Shown here: positions 37,011 to 50,400 of the stretch, piece after piece | How positions within the stretch are numbered: the first letter of the stretch is position 1 | Layout of the letters: the number at the start of each line of letters is the position of its first letter | Assembly: GCA_002269645.1 (NCBI GenBank) | Contig: NIVC01002258.1 | Location: forward strand, 1-64,000 | Direction: 5' to 3' | Length of the DNA: 64,000 nt | Source of the DNA: Macrostomum lignano | Taxonomy: Eukaryota | Position numbers and translations under genes: made by a program | Notes under the pieces: generated by a model | The model's input: the letters and a program-made list of their open reading frames with translations, nothing else | The model's database searches: none | Told to the model about the DNA's origin: nothing

Positions 37011-37789
37011 CACTCTATTCAATTTCCTATTAAAAACTGTTCAATTCAATCTGTTTAAAGTTCATTTTTTCAATTTCTAATGCTACAATGTTTTTATGGC
37101 CCAGTTTTCTAATAAAATTGCACCATGGGTTGTAAATGGTTAGCATCACTATATTAATCTGATAATTGCTCTTGAAATATATATTTTAAGCAGGAATTCC
37201 CGTCTTGATGTGCTAAAGGTGTGTCCCACTGGGATTGGGGCAACTTGGGCAAATACTGGCAATATTGGGGAATTCGCCTTGGGCTAAACTAAACGCACTG
37301 TGGCAGAAAAGCATGGCAAACACTGGATGTTGTGTGTAAAAAAATTTCTTAATACCTATTCAAGTATTTTGGGACATTTTGTGGGCGGGGACTGGCTAGA
37401 TTGTGTCAGAAATCCCAATGGCAAACACAAAGGAATATTTAGGGTTAGCATTTGCCTCTGTGCAGGAGGGAGGGGTCAGTGCGACCTCCCACGGCGGCTG
37501 TTTGTCAGGTCAGCATGGGTATTGGCATTGACATTCAATTAGCAAATGTAAACAGACCGAGAAATGATTGAGAAATGTTTTGAAGACCCTGCAGCCACTT
37601 GAGAGATTTACACATATTGCCTTTTGCTTTTTAAACAGCAGCTGGAAGCATGCAGACTTTGCGAACTGATCATTGAGCCAAGTTCAAACCACATTACATG
37701 TGCATACTGTGAATCTCCTGACACAGTGCCTTTCTTTCTATCAATCTAAATTTAAGCAGTTCATTCACAATCAACCTCCTTTTAAACCT

Positions 37790-39780
37790 CTGTGACCTCT
37801 ACTGCTCAGTCTCTCTCTACTTCTCAGTCTCTCTCTACTTCTCAGTCTCTCTCTACTTCTCAGTCTCTCTCTACTTCTCAGTCTCTCTACTTCTCAGTCT
37901 CTCTCTACTTCTCAGTCTCGCTCTACTTAGTCTCTCTCTACTTCTCAGTCTCTCTCTACTTAGTCTCTCTCTACTATTCTCCTACTGGTACTCCTACTAC
38001 TCTCTACTCTACTCTCTCTGTCTCTCTCTCTCTCTACTTCTCAGTCTCCCTATACTTCTCAGTCTCCCTCTCCTTAGTCTCTTCTCAGTCTCTCTCTACT
38101 TCTCAGTCTCCCTATACTTCTCAGTTTCTCTCTACTTCTCAGTTTCTCTCTACTTCTCAGTTTCTCTCTACTTCTCAGTCTCGCTCTACTTCTCAGTCTC
38201 TCTCTACTTCTCAGTCTCGCTCTACTTCTCAGTCTCCCTATACTTCTCAGTTTCTCTCTACTTCTCAGTTTCTCTCTACTTCTCAGTTTCTCTCTACTTC
38301 TCAGTCTCGCTCTACTTCTCAGTCTCTCTCTACTTCTCAGTCTCTCTCTACTTAGTCTCTCTCTACTTCTCAGTCTCTCTCTACTTAGTCTCTCTCTACT
38401 ATTCTCCTACTGGTACTCCTACTACTCTCTACTCTACTCTCTCTGTCTCTCTCTCTCTCTACTTCTCAGTCTCCCTATACTTCTCAGTCTCCCTCTCCTT
38501 AGTCTCTTCTCAGTCTCTCTCTACTTCTCAGTCTCCCTATACTTCTCAGTTTCTCTCTACTTCTCAGTTTCTCTCTACTTCTCAGTTTCTCTCTACTTCT
38601 CAGTCTCGCTCTACTTCTCAGTCTCTCTCTACTTCTCAGTCTCGCTCTACTTCTCAGTCTCCCTATACTTCTCAGTTTCTCTCTACTTCTCAGTTTCTCT
38701 CTACTTCTCAGTTTCTCTCTACTTCTCAGTCTCGCTCTACTTCTCAGTCTCTCTCTACTTCTCAGTCTCTCTCTACTTAGTCTCTCTCTACTTCTCAGTC
38801 TCTCTCTACTTAGTCTCTCTCTACTATTCTCCTACTGGTACTCCTACTACTCTCTACTCTACTCTCTCTGTCTCTCTCTCTCTCTACTTCTCAGTCTCCC
38901 TATACTTCTCAGTCTCCCTCTCCTTAGTCTCTTCTCAGTCTCTCTCTACTTCTCAGTCTCCCTATACTTCTCAGTTTCTCTCTACTTCTCAGTTTCTCTC
39001 TACTTCTCAGTTTCTCTCTACTTCTCAGACTCCCTATACTTCTCAGTTTCTCTCTACTTCTCAGTTTCTCTCTACTTCTCAGTTTCTCTCTACTTCTCAG
39101 TTTCTCTCTACTTCTCAGTTTCTCTATACTTCTCAGTTTCTCTCTACTTCTCAGTTTCTCTCTACTTCTCAGTTTCTCTCTACTTCTCAGTTTCTCTCTA
39201 CTTCTCAGTTTCTCTCTACTTCTCAGTTTCTCTCTACTTCTCAGTTTCTCTCTACTTCTCAGTTTCTCTGTACTTCTCAGTTTCTCTCTACTTCTCAGTT
39301 TCTCTGTACTTCTCAGTTTCTCTCTACTTCTCAGTTTCTCTCTACTTCTCAGTTTCTCTCTACTTCTCAGTTTCTCTCTACTTCTCAGTTTCTCTCTACT
39401 TCTCAGTTTCTCTCTACTTCTCAGTTTCTCTCTACTTCTCAGTTTCTCTCTACTTCTCAGTTTCTCTCTACTTCTCAGTTTCTCTCTACTTCTCAGTTTC
39501 TCTCTACTTCTCAGTTTCTCTCTACTTCTCAGTTTCTCTCTACTTCTCAGTTTCTCTCTACTTCTCAGTTTCTCTCTACTTCTCAGTTTCTCTCTACTTC
39601 TCAGTTTCTCTATACTTCTCAGTTTCTCTCTACTTCTCAGTTTCTCTCTACTTCTCAGTTTCTCTCTACTTCTCAGTCTCCCTCTCCTTAGTCTCTCTAT
39701 ATATCTCAGTCTCTCTCTCCTTAGTCTCCTTCTACTTTCAGTCTCCCTTCTACGAGTACTTCTCAGTCTCTGTGTACTTC
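37790..39780 (+). repeat. 18-bp minisatellite TACTTCTCAGTTTCTCTC with a 425-bp higher-order repeat
   Basis: Marker CCTACTGGTA at 37981, 38406 and 38831 (period 425). Confidence 0.96.
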
Positions 39781-40296
39781 TCAATCTTCCTCTTTATTTT
39801 CTCTAAGTCTCATCTCAGTGTCTGTCCGACTGTCCCATGCTGTCTGTCCAACAGAAAAGTCCACTAACTTAGGGGCAAGCAGGCCCACCCCCTGGTGCGC
39901 ATATTGTTCTGCTAATTATTCGGCCCTGCTAAAAGCATCACTGGCCCTAATCCCTAATCCTCAGCTTTTTTGTTAGCTCGCTCCAACCAGCCCCAGCCTC
40001 TTCCTTCATCCCCTCGGTCCGCGGGGGTTGCGCAATATTCGGCTTTGGCGTCAAAATCCTAAACCCCCCGATCCGCAGCGGGCGGTCCGCGGGATCGAGG
40101 CGGGCGATGAGGATCTGGGCTGCGGGTCCAATAGGATGCCGACTGCCGCCATGCCCAATAGGGATCAGGGATCACCGGAGCCGCCGTCGCAAAAAACTTC
40201 AATAAATTTCGCGAATCGCGCTGTCAGTTTTGCTGGCTGAATTCAAGTTCCGCTCTGCCCGATTCAAAACTTTCCTGTCGAAACGCTGCTTCAAGC

Positions 40297-40503
40297 ATGG
40301 CCGGCACTGACTCGGTGGTCTGCGAACTGCGCATCGTCTTGCCGCACGCCTTCTGCCTCAACTCCCTGGACCCCGGCCGGCCGCCCGTCGTGGTTGCCAG
40401 GCGGAGATTGGAGGTTGGCAGCCGCTTTATCCCAGGCCAGGGCAGCACCTGCTCGGAGCCGCTGGTCGCATCTCAGCTGCCGCAGGAGGCCGAAATCGGC
40501 GAG
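40297..40503 (+). CDS. Exon 1 of a PRDM-family PR/SET zinc-finger gene, join(40297-40503,46116-46947,47043-47378,51544-51627,54066-54814), 735 aa: N-half of the PR domain
   Basis: LPHAFCL...VVARRRLEVGSRFIPGQG resembles the PR-domain start (GV.A...I..GTRFGP). Donor GAG|GTGAGT (phase 0). GC-rich upstream region with CCAAT boxes. The joined length is 2208 nt (a multiple of 3) with no internal stop. Confidence 0.7.
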
Positions 40504-40594
40504 GTGAGTTTGGGATTTGAAAATTGGTTGGCGAACTAATAAAGTGAGTCGGGACTATTCGGGGTTTCCTACGAAGCGTAAATCTAGATTAATC

Positions 40595-41185
40595 TCCCTA
40601 GAGTTCTCATGACTCTCCTTGAGTTCTCATGACTATCCTTGAGTTCTCATGACTCTCCTTGAGTTCTCATGACTCTCCTTGAGTTCTCATGCCTCTCCTT
40701 GAGTTCTCATGCCTCTCCTTGAGTTCTCATGACTCTCCTTTGAGTTCTCATGACTCTCCTTGAGTTCTCATGACTCTCCTTGAGTTCTCATGACTCTCCT
40801 TGAGTTCTCATGACTCTTCTTGAGTTCTCATGACTCTCCTTAGAGTTCTCATGACTCTCCTTAGAGTTCTCATGACTCTCCTTAGAGTTCTCATGACTCT
40901 CCTTAGAGTTCTCATGACTCTCCTTAGAGTTCTCATGACTCTCCTTAGAGTTCTCATGACTCTCCTTAGAGTTCTCATGACTCTCCTTTGAGTTCTCATG
41001 ACTCTCCTTGAGTTCTCGTGACTCTCTTTTGAGTTCTCATGACTCTCCTTAGAGTTCTCATGACTCTCCTTGAGTTCTCATGACTCTCCTTGAGTTCTCA
41101 TGACTCTCCTTAGAGTTCTCATGACTCTCCTTGAGTTCTCGTGACCCCTTTGATGAGTTCTCATGACCCCTTTGAGTTCTCATTC
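40595..41185 (+). repeat. Intronic 20/21-bp minisatellite GAGTTCTCATGACTCTCCTT(A)
   Basis: Direct reading. Confidence 0.95.
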
Positions 41186-43419
41186 TTATAACTCCCTACC
41201 GTGTTCTCACGAATCTAAACCATGTTTTCATGACTCCCTACCGTGTTCTCATGAATTCTCACGAGTCTTCAACTAATAGCCAAAAAACTCTCATCAATTT
41301 CTGACCCACAAGCACTCACATACTCACGCTTCTCACGATCCCCATGAGAACAGCATTAGTTGTTTTATGCATCAAATTTCTTCCGGAGAGATCAAACTAT
41401 GAATGAAGCAGAGTTAACAATAATACGCATCTCGCGCGGTCTCTAGGGGGGGGGGGGTTACCTCTCTCAGGAGCTGATGCGATTTCGGAAGTTGCACCAC
41501 ATTTTTTTCGATCTCAAAGCCGTGTCATGAAACATTGATAATAGCTCAGCTTCTCGAGAGCGTTAACAGTGAATCGCCAAGCTTAATGGCTATAAAAGAG
41601 CGACAGATAAGCTGTGAACCCGCTAGCCAAACGCAATTATGCGGAGATAGCAATCTCTCAGATCACTTTCCGGACAGGCTAAAAGTTAACTAATTTCATC
41701 TCTGTTGCTTAGGCGCTTCGAAGGGAGTTTTGGGGCGAAAATTGAAAACTTCTTCTCTACAACCGCGCGCACGTGCCGTCAATCATTCTGTAACACAATT
41801 TCTGTTCTGTCGTGTCTATCATCCTGTCAGCGCGTGTGTGTGTGTGTTGTTTCTGTTTTACTCACGACGAGACTTTCTGGTCGCCATTTGGTCCGGGCCC
41901 AGGACTCGCCAGGTTGCAAGGTGGCGCAACTTGCTCCCTCTTGGCCACGCATCCTGTGCCTCCCCATCTCGCGTTAGCCAGTCTGACAAATTGATTTTGC
42001 CCAACACCCGCGGTCAAATTTTCTTCTCTATCTTCTATAGATGTCTTGTGCAGCTTCCCTAATGCAAAGTAAACAGAATTGCCGCGGCAGAATAGCCTGC
42101 ATGGCGACAGCTGGGCTGCGGGTAATCTCTCGCCCGGAAGTCAAAAAGTCAATCATATTTCGGCAGTATTCTTGCCAAGTGAAACTTTACTAATATCGAA
42201 AATTTTCGATAATGACGCGCCAGGGAGATCGGAGCGCCTCAAATCTGCCGACGGGGAATCTCAGCAGGCGGCCGTCCAGATCCCACCACTTTTGCCTTTC
42301 CCATCGCCTCCCCCTCTGACCCCATCCCTGATCCGTGATGCAACTCGTCACCGCCCTGTCGGTGTGCGCGATCCAGCGTCATCATCTTCATCTTCATCGC
42401 TCTAAATCTTCATCGGCCCCAGCCGAATCACCCCCGATTGGACCCGTGACGCAACAGCGCGCGGAGGGGAGGTCGGGTCGATGGAGTTTACGAGATCGCC
42501 ACCAGTGAGACCCCGTGGGGCCCGGACCAGGCCCTTCAGGGATGAGCTCACAGCGTGGCGCCTTTGGTATCAAGTTTTTTCTTTTTATTTCTTCTTTCTC
42601 CTAATTTTATAAAATTAGAGCCCCCCGTCTGGTGCCCCTTCCCCAGATTAGAGGCGAAGGTCTTTGTAGCGTCGGTCTTTATCGCCGCGTGAATCTGCCA
42701 TTTTCGCTTTGGCGAGTGGCCGAAAAAACACTCTTGGAGTCGCGGGTTTTTTCGGAATTGCGTCACAATCGAAGCGAAGGTCTTGTAGGACTTTCTCTCT
42801 CTATCTATTCATTACAATCGCCAAAAATTTTCTCAAAACCTTCATCACAGATCCGGGGGGCAAATCTCCCAATTCTCCCTGGTCATTTCTTCATCCCATT
42901 AAAACCCTCCGTCTTGGAGTCGAATTGTCGAAGTCAAGTTGGTTAATCTGCGGCGGCACAATTAGTGGCTGGGAGGGAGGGGCATCAGCCTGCCGAGCCT
43001 TCAGTCCGCCGATCTCATCATCAGATCGGAGAGGCTGCGGGGTCACGCAATCGCGCTGTCGAGAGTGTCAGGGCCACCCTCGGTCAGACACGTCTCGCGC
43101 GAAAGGCGTCATCAGCTTCAAGGATGGCGCGGAGGGCGGAATGAGAGAGAAGACAGCGGATCAGATCGGATGGATGCGGGGACACCTTTTTGACAGAAGT
43201 GCCGCCTTGACTGTCTGAGAGAGGACGCTGCATCGACCGCTAATTGCCTGTTCGGCTTCGCACAGCCGGCTCTGATGCAGAACGAATTTTTAAATTGAAG
43301 GGGTGTCTGACGGCTTCACACCTGCTGAAGTTGTTTAGTCAAAGTTTTTTATTGCAGAATTTATTGGACTTTTCACATCCAGGAAAGTTTTAGTGGCGAC
43401 TTCTTGACTCACCAATGTA

Positions 43420-44240
43420 TCTCACACTCCCCAACATTGATTGTGTCTCACCTGCAAACTCTCCAACACTGATTATGTCTCACCTGCAAACTCTCCAACA
43501 CTGATTGTGTCTCACCTGCAAACTCTCCAACACTGATTGTGTCTCACCTGCAAACTCTCCAACACTGATTGTGTCTCACCTGCAAACTCTCCAACACTGA
43601 TTGTGTCTCACCTGCAAACTCTCCAACACTGATTGTGTCTCACCTGCAAACTCTCCAACACTGATTGTGTCTCACCTGCAAACTCTCCAACACTGATTGT
43701 GTCTCACCTGAAAACTCCTCAACATTGATTGTGTCTCACCTGCAAACTCTCCAACACTGATTGTGTCTCACATGCAAACTCTCCAACACTGATTGTGTCT
43801 CACATGCAAACTCTCCAACATTGATTGTGTCTCACCTGCAAACTGTCTCCAACACTGATTGTGTCTCACCTGCAAACTCTCCAACACTGATTGTGTCTCA
43901 CCTGCAAACTCTCCAACACTGATTGTGTCTCACATGCAAACTCTCCAACATTGATTGTGTCTCACCTGCAAACTCTCCAACATTGATTGTGTCTCACCTG
44001 CAAACTCTCCAACACTGATTGTGTCTCACCTGCAAACTCTCCAACACTGATTGTGTCTCACATGCAAACTCTCCAACATTGATTGTGTCTCACCTGCAAA
44101 CTCTCCAACACTGATTGTGTCTCACCTGCAAACTCTCCAACACTGATTGTGTCTCACATGCAAACTCTCCAACATTGATTGTGTCTCACCTGCAAACTCT
44201 CCAACATTGATTGTGTCTCACCTGCAAACTCTCCAACATT
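43420..44240 (+). repeat. Intronic 32-bp minisatellite CTCCAACACTGATTGTGTCTCACCTGCAAACT
   Basis: Direct reading. Confidence 0.96.
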
Positions 44241-44269
44241 GGTTATATCAAAACCTGACCTTAATCTTG

Positions 44270-45010
44270 CACATCCTGAATCTCCCATATCCTGAATCTC
44301 CCATATCCTGAATCTCCCATATCCTGAATCTCCCATATCCTGAATCTCCCACATCCTGAATCTTTCACATCCTGAATCTCCCACATCCCGAATCTCCCAC
44401 ATCCTGAATCTCCCACATCCTGAATCTCCCACATCCTGAATCTCCCACATCCTGAATCTCCCACATCCTGAATCTCCCACATCCTGAATCTCCCACATCC
44501 TGAATCTCCCACATCCTGAATCTCCCACATCCTGAATCTCCCACATCCTGAATCTCCCACATCCTGAATCTCCCACATCCTGAATCTCCCACATCCTGAA
44601 TCTCCCACATCCTGAATCTCCCACATCCTGAATCTCCCACATCCTGAATCTCCCACATCCTGAATCTCCCACACCCTGAATCTCCCACATCCTGAATCTC
44701 CCACATCCTGAATCTCCCACATCCTGAATCTCCCACATCCTGAATCTCCCACATCCTGAATCTCCCACATCCTGAATCTCCCACATCCTGAATCTCCCAC
44801 ATCCTGAATCTCCCACACCCGGAATCTCCCATATCCTGAATCTCTAACATCCTGAATCTCCCACATCCTGAATCTCTAACATCCTGAATCTCCCACATCC
44901 TGAATCTCCCACATCCTGAATCTCCCACACCCTGAATCTCCCACATCCTGATCTCCTACATCCTGAATCTCCTACATCCTGAATCTCTCACATCCCGAAT
45001 ATCCCACATT
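44270..45010 (+). repeat. Intronic 16-bp minisatellite CATCCTGAATCTCCCA
   Basis: Direct reading; source of the MWEIQDVGDSGCGRFR pseudo-ORFs. Confidence 0.97.
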
Positions 45011-46029
45011 CTGACTTATGTCATCAGATGATTCCTAAATCTCAATATAAATATTTTGGGAAACCTTTACTCAAATCTGCATTGAGGTATATTTTGTTCA
45101 ATACATATCACCCGGAACCCACTTGGCCTCTTGTTCAAAAGTTTGTTTCCCGAGCTAATACGACTATTTAAGCACTTCGACATATCTTATCAAGTCTCGC
45201 GAGCTCCCATCACAGTTTACGAGCTGCATGGCGCAACTGCCAATGAAAAAAGCTGCCTCAACTTTCAAGTGGCCGGGGCCTCCCCGATCGGGTGGTCCTG
45301 GCGATGAGAAGTTCGAAATGACCCGAGGGTGCAATTAAAGTAGGCCTACAAGCCAAGCCAGTGCACACAGCTGGAGCTGCATAATTTTAATGCAACTCGA
45401 ATTCCAGCAAAATATTAGGGGCCATGTGTTGTTTCAAAACGACAAGCCCTCGAGAGGGTAACGTTCTCATAACTCAACTTGCCGGGCTCCAGGTTGTGAG
45501 TACGAGTAGATGCAGGGGTAATTATGAGCTGTGCATAAAATCATCAACCTAATTGACCTTCCCCGACCGGGCGGGACGGGACCCCCTCCAGTTCCCCTTG
45601 AGGAGAGCGGGCGGGGACTTGAGGCATGGGGATCGAACTCCCGATACATGGAGAGCTGGTCAACAAGGCCCGCTGCTGCAGTCTGGGGCAGCTCAAGTAG
45701 ACTCAACACTCGAGAGCGGAATTCGAAAAGATGACAAGCTCCAAGGCGGGCACCGAGTTTTCAAACTCTCCAAACAACGAGGGCTCGCCCCCGGCTCCTC
45801 TTGGCCTCCCAGAATCAGCAGCCCCCGTCCCTCTGTGGCTGAGCCACTCACGGAACAGCGGGGCCGCACTGGCAGTACAAGGGTGAGCGAACATTACCAG
45901 GAGGGACGCGCTCGAGTCGAAGAGCGACTACTATAAGCTGGGGCTGGAAAAATCGGTAGCAAGCCACTTGTTCATATCGAACCGCTTTCTCCACAGTCAG
46001 CTTTAATTGCCCCTACGGCCAAGCCGCTC

Positions 46030-46045
46030 TATATATATATATAAA
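46030..46045 (+). promoter_or_regulatory. TATA-like element at the end of PRDM intron 1 (candidate internal promoter)
   Basis: TATATATATATATAAA 70 nt before the exon 2 acceptor. Confidence 0.35.
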
Positions 46046-46115
46046 GCCGGACTGCATCCGGTCTCGGAAACTCTCCAATTCTATCATCTATCCTGCTCGT
46101 TCATTCGCTTGGCAG

Positions 46116-46947
46116 AGACTCAGAGACTTCGGCTGCGTCCAGAGCTGGGAGAGAAGCGCAACGGACGGCCGCCTGGTCTGGCACTGCAACTGGATTCGAC
46201 TGGCGCTGCCCGTTCAGCACCCGTCGGCTGCCAACCTACTGGCTGTGCGGCAGCGCGAGAAGGTCACGTACGAGGCCATTCAACAGTTGCAGCCAGGCGA
46301 TCCGTTGAAAATCTTCTACTGCGACACGACAGCCGCGGCGGCTGCAGCGGCGGCTGCTGCTGCGGTGACGACGCCTTCGCCGCAGAAGATTCACAGGCAG
46401 CTCGATCAGCAGCAGCAGCAGCAGACCGCAATGCAACAGCAACAACAGCAGCAGCATCAGCAGCAGCCCCGCGACTCGGGCCTGGGACAGTCGGACCTGG
46501 CGTCGACGGATTCCAGCCCGACGGAGAGCCACCACGCTGGAGTCGCCGATCAAAGTCGCCTCCCGCCGCTCGTGGAAGAGCTGCATCAGCAGTCGCAGCA
46601 TCTTGAAGACGAAGCCGATGATGCAACCGTTGAAGAAGTCAACGATCGAATCGACAATGAGGACGCCGATGAAGATGATGATGCTGAGCAAGATCCTGAC
46701 GAGCTCAACGATGCAGATGACACCGATTTCGATAGTACAGCTCGACGGAATCTGCTGCATCAGTTTGATCACGGAGACGGGGAAGTAACCGGAGATGCCG
46801 GTCTCCAAGCGCCGGGACAGCCGCAGCAGCAGCCGCGCCGTCGAGTGCAGAGCAAGCGCCGCGAGACGGTCCTGCTGCCGTGCTCAGTGTGCGGCAAAAA
46901 GTTCGACCGGCCTTCGCTACTGCAGCGTCACATGCGGACGCACACCG
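46116..46947 (+). CDS. Exon 2 of the PRDM gene: C-half of the PR domain, poly-A/Q and acidic linker, zinc finger 1
   Basis: Acceptor TTCGCTTGGCAG| (phase 0). CNWIRLA...ANLLAVRQREKVTYEAIQQLQPGDPLKIFY matches the PR consensus NWMR.V...QNL.A.Q...I.Y...I.PG.EL..WY. CSVCGKKFDRPSLLQRHMRTHT; donor G|GTAAGA. Confidence 0.92.
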
Positions 46948-47042
46948 GTAAGAAAACTCTAATGTTCATTAACATACAGAAATCAAAGGTCAGTCCGTAC
47001 TCTGATCTACCCTGATCGAACTGAATCCTCACCCTCACTCAG

Positions 47043-47378
47043 GCGAAAAACCGCACGTCTGCGAGGAGTGCAACAAAGCCTTCAGCACGTCCTCCTCGCT
47101 GAACACTCACCGCCGGATCCACTCGGGTGAGCGGCCGCACCAGTGCCCAGTGTGCGGCAAGCGCTTCACTGCGAGCTCCAATCTGTACTATCACCGCATG
47201 ACGCACAGCAAGGAGAAGCCGCACAAGTGCCAGGTGTGTCACAAGAGTTTCCCAACCCCCGGCGACCTGCGCAGCCATTTGTACGTGCACAGCGGCCGGT
47301 GGCCCTTCAAATGCGACGAGTGCGGCCGCGGATTTAGCAAGCAGACCAACTTGAAGAATCACCTGCTGCTGCATACAG
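47043..47378 (+). CDS. Exon 3 of the PRDM gene: C2H2 zinc fingers 2-5
   Basis: Four canonical fingers with GEKP/GERP linkers; acceptor CTCACTCAG| and donor G|GTGAGG, both phase 1. Confidence 0.96.
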
Positions 47379-47424
47379 GTGAGGGTTTCATCATTGCCGA
47401 TTATTCAGTAATGAAAACTGTAGA

Positions 47425-50400
47425 TAGACAGACAGAGAATCAAGACAGAGAGGGGAAGACAGAGAGGGGAAGACAGAGAGGGAAAGACAGAGAGGGGAAG
47501 ACAGAGAGGGGAAGACAGAGAGGGGAAGACAGAGAGGGGAAGACAGAGAGGGGAAGACAGAGAGGGGAAGACAGAGAGGGAAAGACAGAGAGGGGAAGAC
47601 AGAGAGGGAAAGACAGAGAGGGGAAGACAGAGAGGGGAAGACAGAGAGGGGAAGACAGAGAGGGGAAGACAGAGAGGGGAAGACAGAGAGGGGAAGACAG
47701 AGAGGGGAAGACAGAGAGGGGAAGACAGAGAGGGGAAGACAGAGAGGGAAAGACAGAGAGGGGAAGACAGAGAGGGAAAGACAGAGAGGGGAAGACAGAG
47801 AGGGGAAGACAGGGAGGGGAAGACAGAGAGGGGAAGACAGAGAGGGGAAGACAGAGAGGGGAAGACAGAGAGGGGAAGACAGAGAGGGGAAGACAGAGAG
47901 GGGAAGACAGAGAGGGGAAGACAGAGAGGGAAAGACAGAGAGGGGAAGACAGAGAGGGAAAGACAGAGAGGGGAAGACAGAGAGGGGAAGACAGAGAGGG
48001 AAAGACAGAGAGGGGAAGACAGAGAGGGGAAGACAGAGAGGGGAAGACAGAGAGGGGAAGACAGAGAGGGGAAGACAGAGAGGGGAAGACAGAGAGGGGA
48101 AGACAGAGAGGGAAAAACAGAGAGGGGAAGACAGAGAGGGGAAGATGGGGAAGGAGAGCAGTTCATAGAAAGGGAAAGCAAGTCAAGTAAGGAATTAAGA
48201 TGAAGCATGAAGCTGAATGCTCCGCAGACACCCCAGGCTATTAGTTGATAATGAACTTTCAATTTCAGACCAAGCCGAGGCTAATTATTCCTACTTTATG
48301 AAGCAGAAAAGCCCCCAATTTCGAAGCCGAAATCTGAATAGCTTAAGCAAATGTTAAGTAGAAAAATATTTGACCGATGGCGGACACGGAGCGAAGAATA
48401 ATAGTCTCATTTTTTGCACCCCGCGTCCATTAAAACCTTGGTTTTCACGCCGAATTAAATATTGGGATTGAACCCCACTCCCCCAAATGTATTTAGGACT
48501 GAGCAGCTCCTTCCGTGACGAGTCCAGAGCTGTGATGATGCAATGGGTCTCCCAGCTCTTTGCTGATCCCATGCATTGGGTGAGCAGGCCAGTAGGTGCG
48601 CAATCTTTCTGGGAAAGCGCCAGACAGACAGGCAGGCAGGCCAGGAGAAGGTGCTGTGGAAGATGGTACAAGAAATGTCTTAAGTGATTTATTCAGGGTC
48701 CTGTAGCCTCTGATTCCATCTCGCCAGCTTCAACAGATGGGCGTGCAAAGTTCCAGATTTCAGGGAAAGTGATTATTACTTGATTTTAGGGCGGGACAGG
48801 GTGAGAAGGGCAAAGTCTGGTGGCGCAATTAATTGCAGGTCTGTAATTAATAACGTCAGAGCCCCGGTGCTCAGATAGGGCCCTTTGTCCGTTTTTTGCT
48901 CTCAGGTTTCTTGTTTTGCAATTTGAGTCCTAATTCATATCTGCTATCCAGAAATTTAGCTGGATTGGGGATTTTGTTATTAAGTCCATCATTCCAGGTA
49001 GTAGCCATAGACTATTCCAGCTAGTAGCCATAGACTATTCCAGCTAGTAGCTATAGACTATTCCAGCTAGTAGCTATAGACTTTCAGCTAGTAGCCATAG
49101 ACTATTCCAGCTAGTAGCCATAGACTATTCCAGCTAGTAGCCATAGACTATTCCAGCTAGTAGCCATAGACTATTCCAGCTAGTAGCTATAGACTATTCC
49201 AGCTAGTAGCCATAGACTATTCCAGCTAGTAGCCATAGACTATTCCAGCTAGTAGCTATAGACTATTCCAGCTAGTAGCCATAGACTATTCCAGCTAGTA
49301 GCCATAGACTATTCCAGCTAGTAGCCATAGACTATTCCAGCTAGTAGCCATAGACAGAGACAGAGAGGGGAAGACAGAGAGGGAAAGACAGAGAGGGGAA
49401 GACAGAGAGGGGAAGACAGAGAGGGGAAGACAGAGAGGGAAAGACAGAGAGGGGAAGACAGAGAGGGGAAGACAGAGAGGGGAAGACAGAGAGGGGAAGA
49501 CAGAGAGGGGAAGACAGAGAGGGAAAGACAGAGAGGGGAAGACAGAGAGGGGAAGACAGAGAGGGGAAGACAGAGAGGGGAAGACAGAGAGGGGAAGACA
49601 GAGAGGGGAAGACAGAGAGGGGAAGACAGAGAGGGGAAGACAGAGAGGGGAAGACAGAGAGGGGAAGACAGAGAGGGAAAGACAGAGAGGGGAAGACAGA
49701 GAGGGAAAGACAGAGAGGGGAAGACAGAGAGGGGAAGACAGGGAGGGGAAGACAGAGAGGGGAAGACAGAGAGGGGAAGACAGAGAGGGGAAGACAGAGA
49801 GGGAAGACAGAGAGGGGAAGACAGAGAGGGGAAGACAGAGAGGGGAAGACAGAGAGGGAAAGACAGAGAGGGGAAGACAGAGAGGGAAAGACAGAGAGGG
49901 GAAGACAGAGAGGGGAAGACAGAGAGGGAAAGACAGAGAGGGGAAGACAGAGAGGGGAAGACAGAGAGGGGAAGACAGAGAGGGGAAGACAGAGAGGGGA
50001 AGACAGAGAGGGGAAGACAGAGAGGGGAAGACAGAGAGGGAAAAACAGAGAGGGGAAGACAGAGAGGGGAAGATGGGGAAGGAGAGCAGTTCATAGAAAG
50101 GGAAAGCAAGTCAAGTAAGGAATTAAGATGAAGCATGAAGCTGAATGCTCCGCAGACACCCCAGGCTATTAGTTGATAATGAACTTTCAATTTCAGACCA
50201 AGCCGAGGCTAATTATTCCTACTTTATGAAGCAGAAAAGCCCCCAATTTCGAAGCCGAAATCTGAATAGCTTAAGCAAATGTTAAGTAGAAAAATATTTG
50301 ACCGATGGCGGACACGGAGCGAAGAATAATAGTCTCATTTTTTGCACCCCGCGTCCATTAAAACCTTGGTTTTCACGCCGAATTAAATATTGGGATTGAA

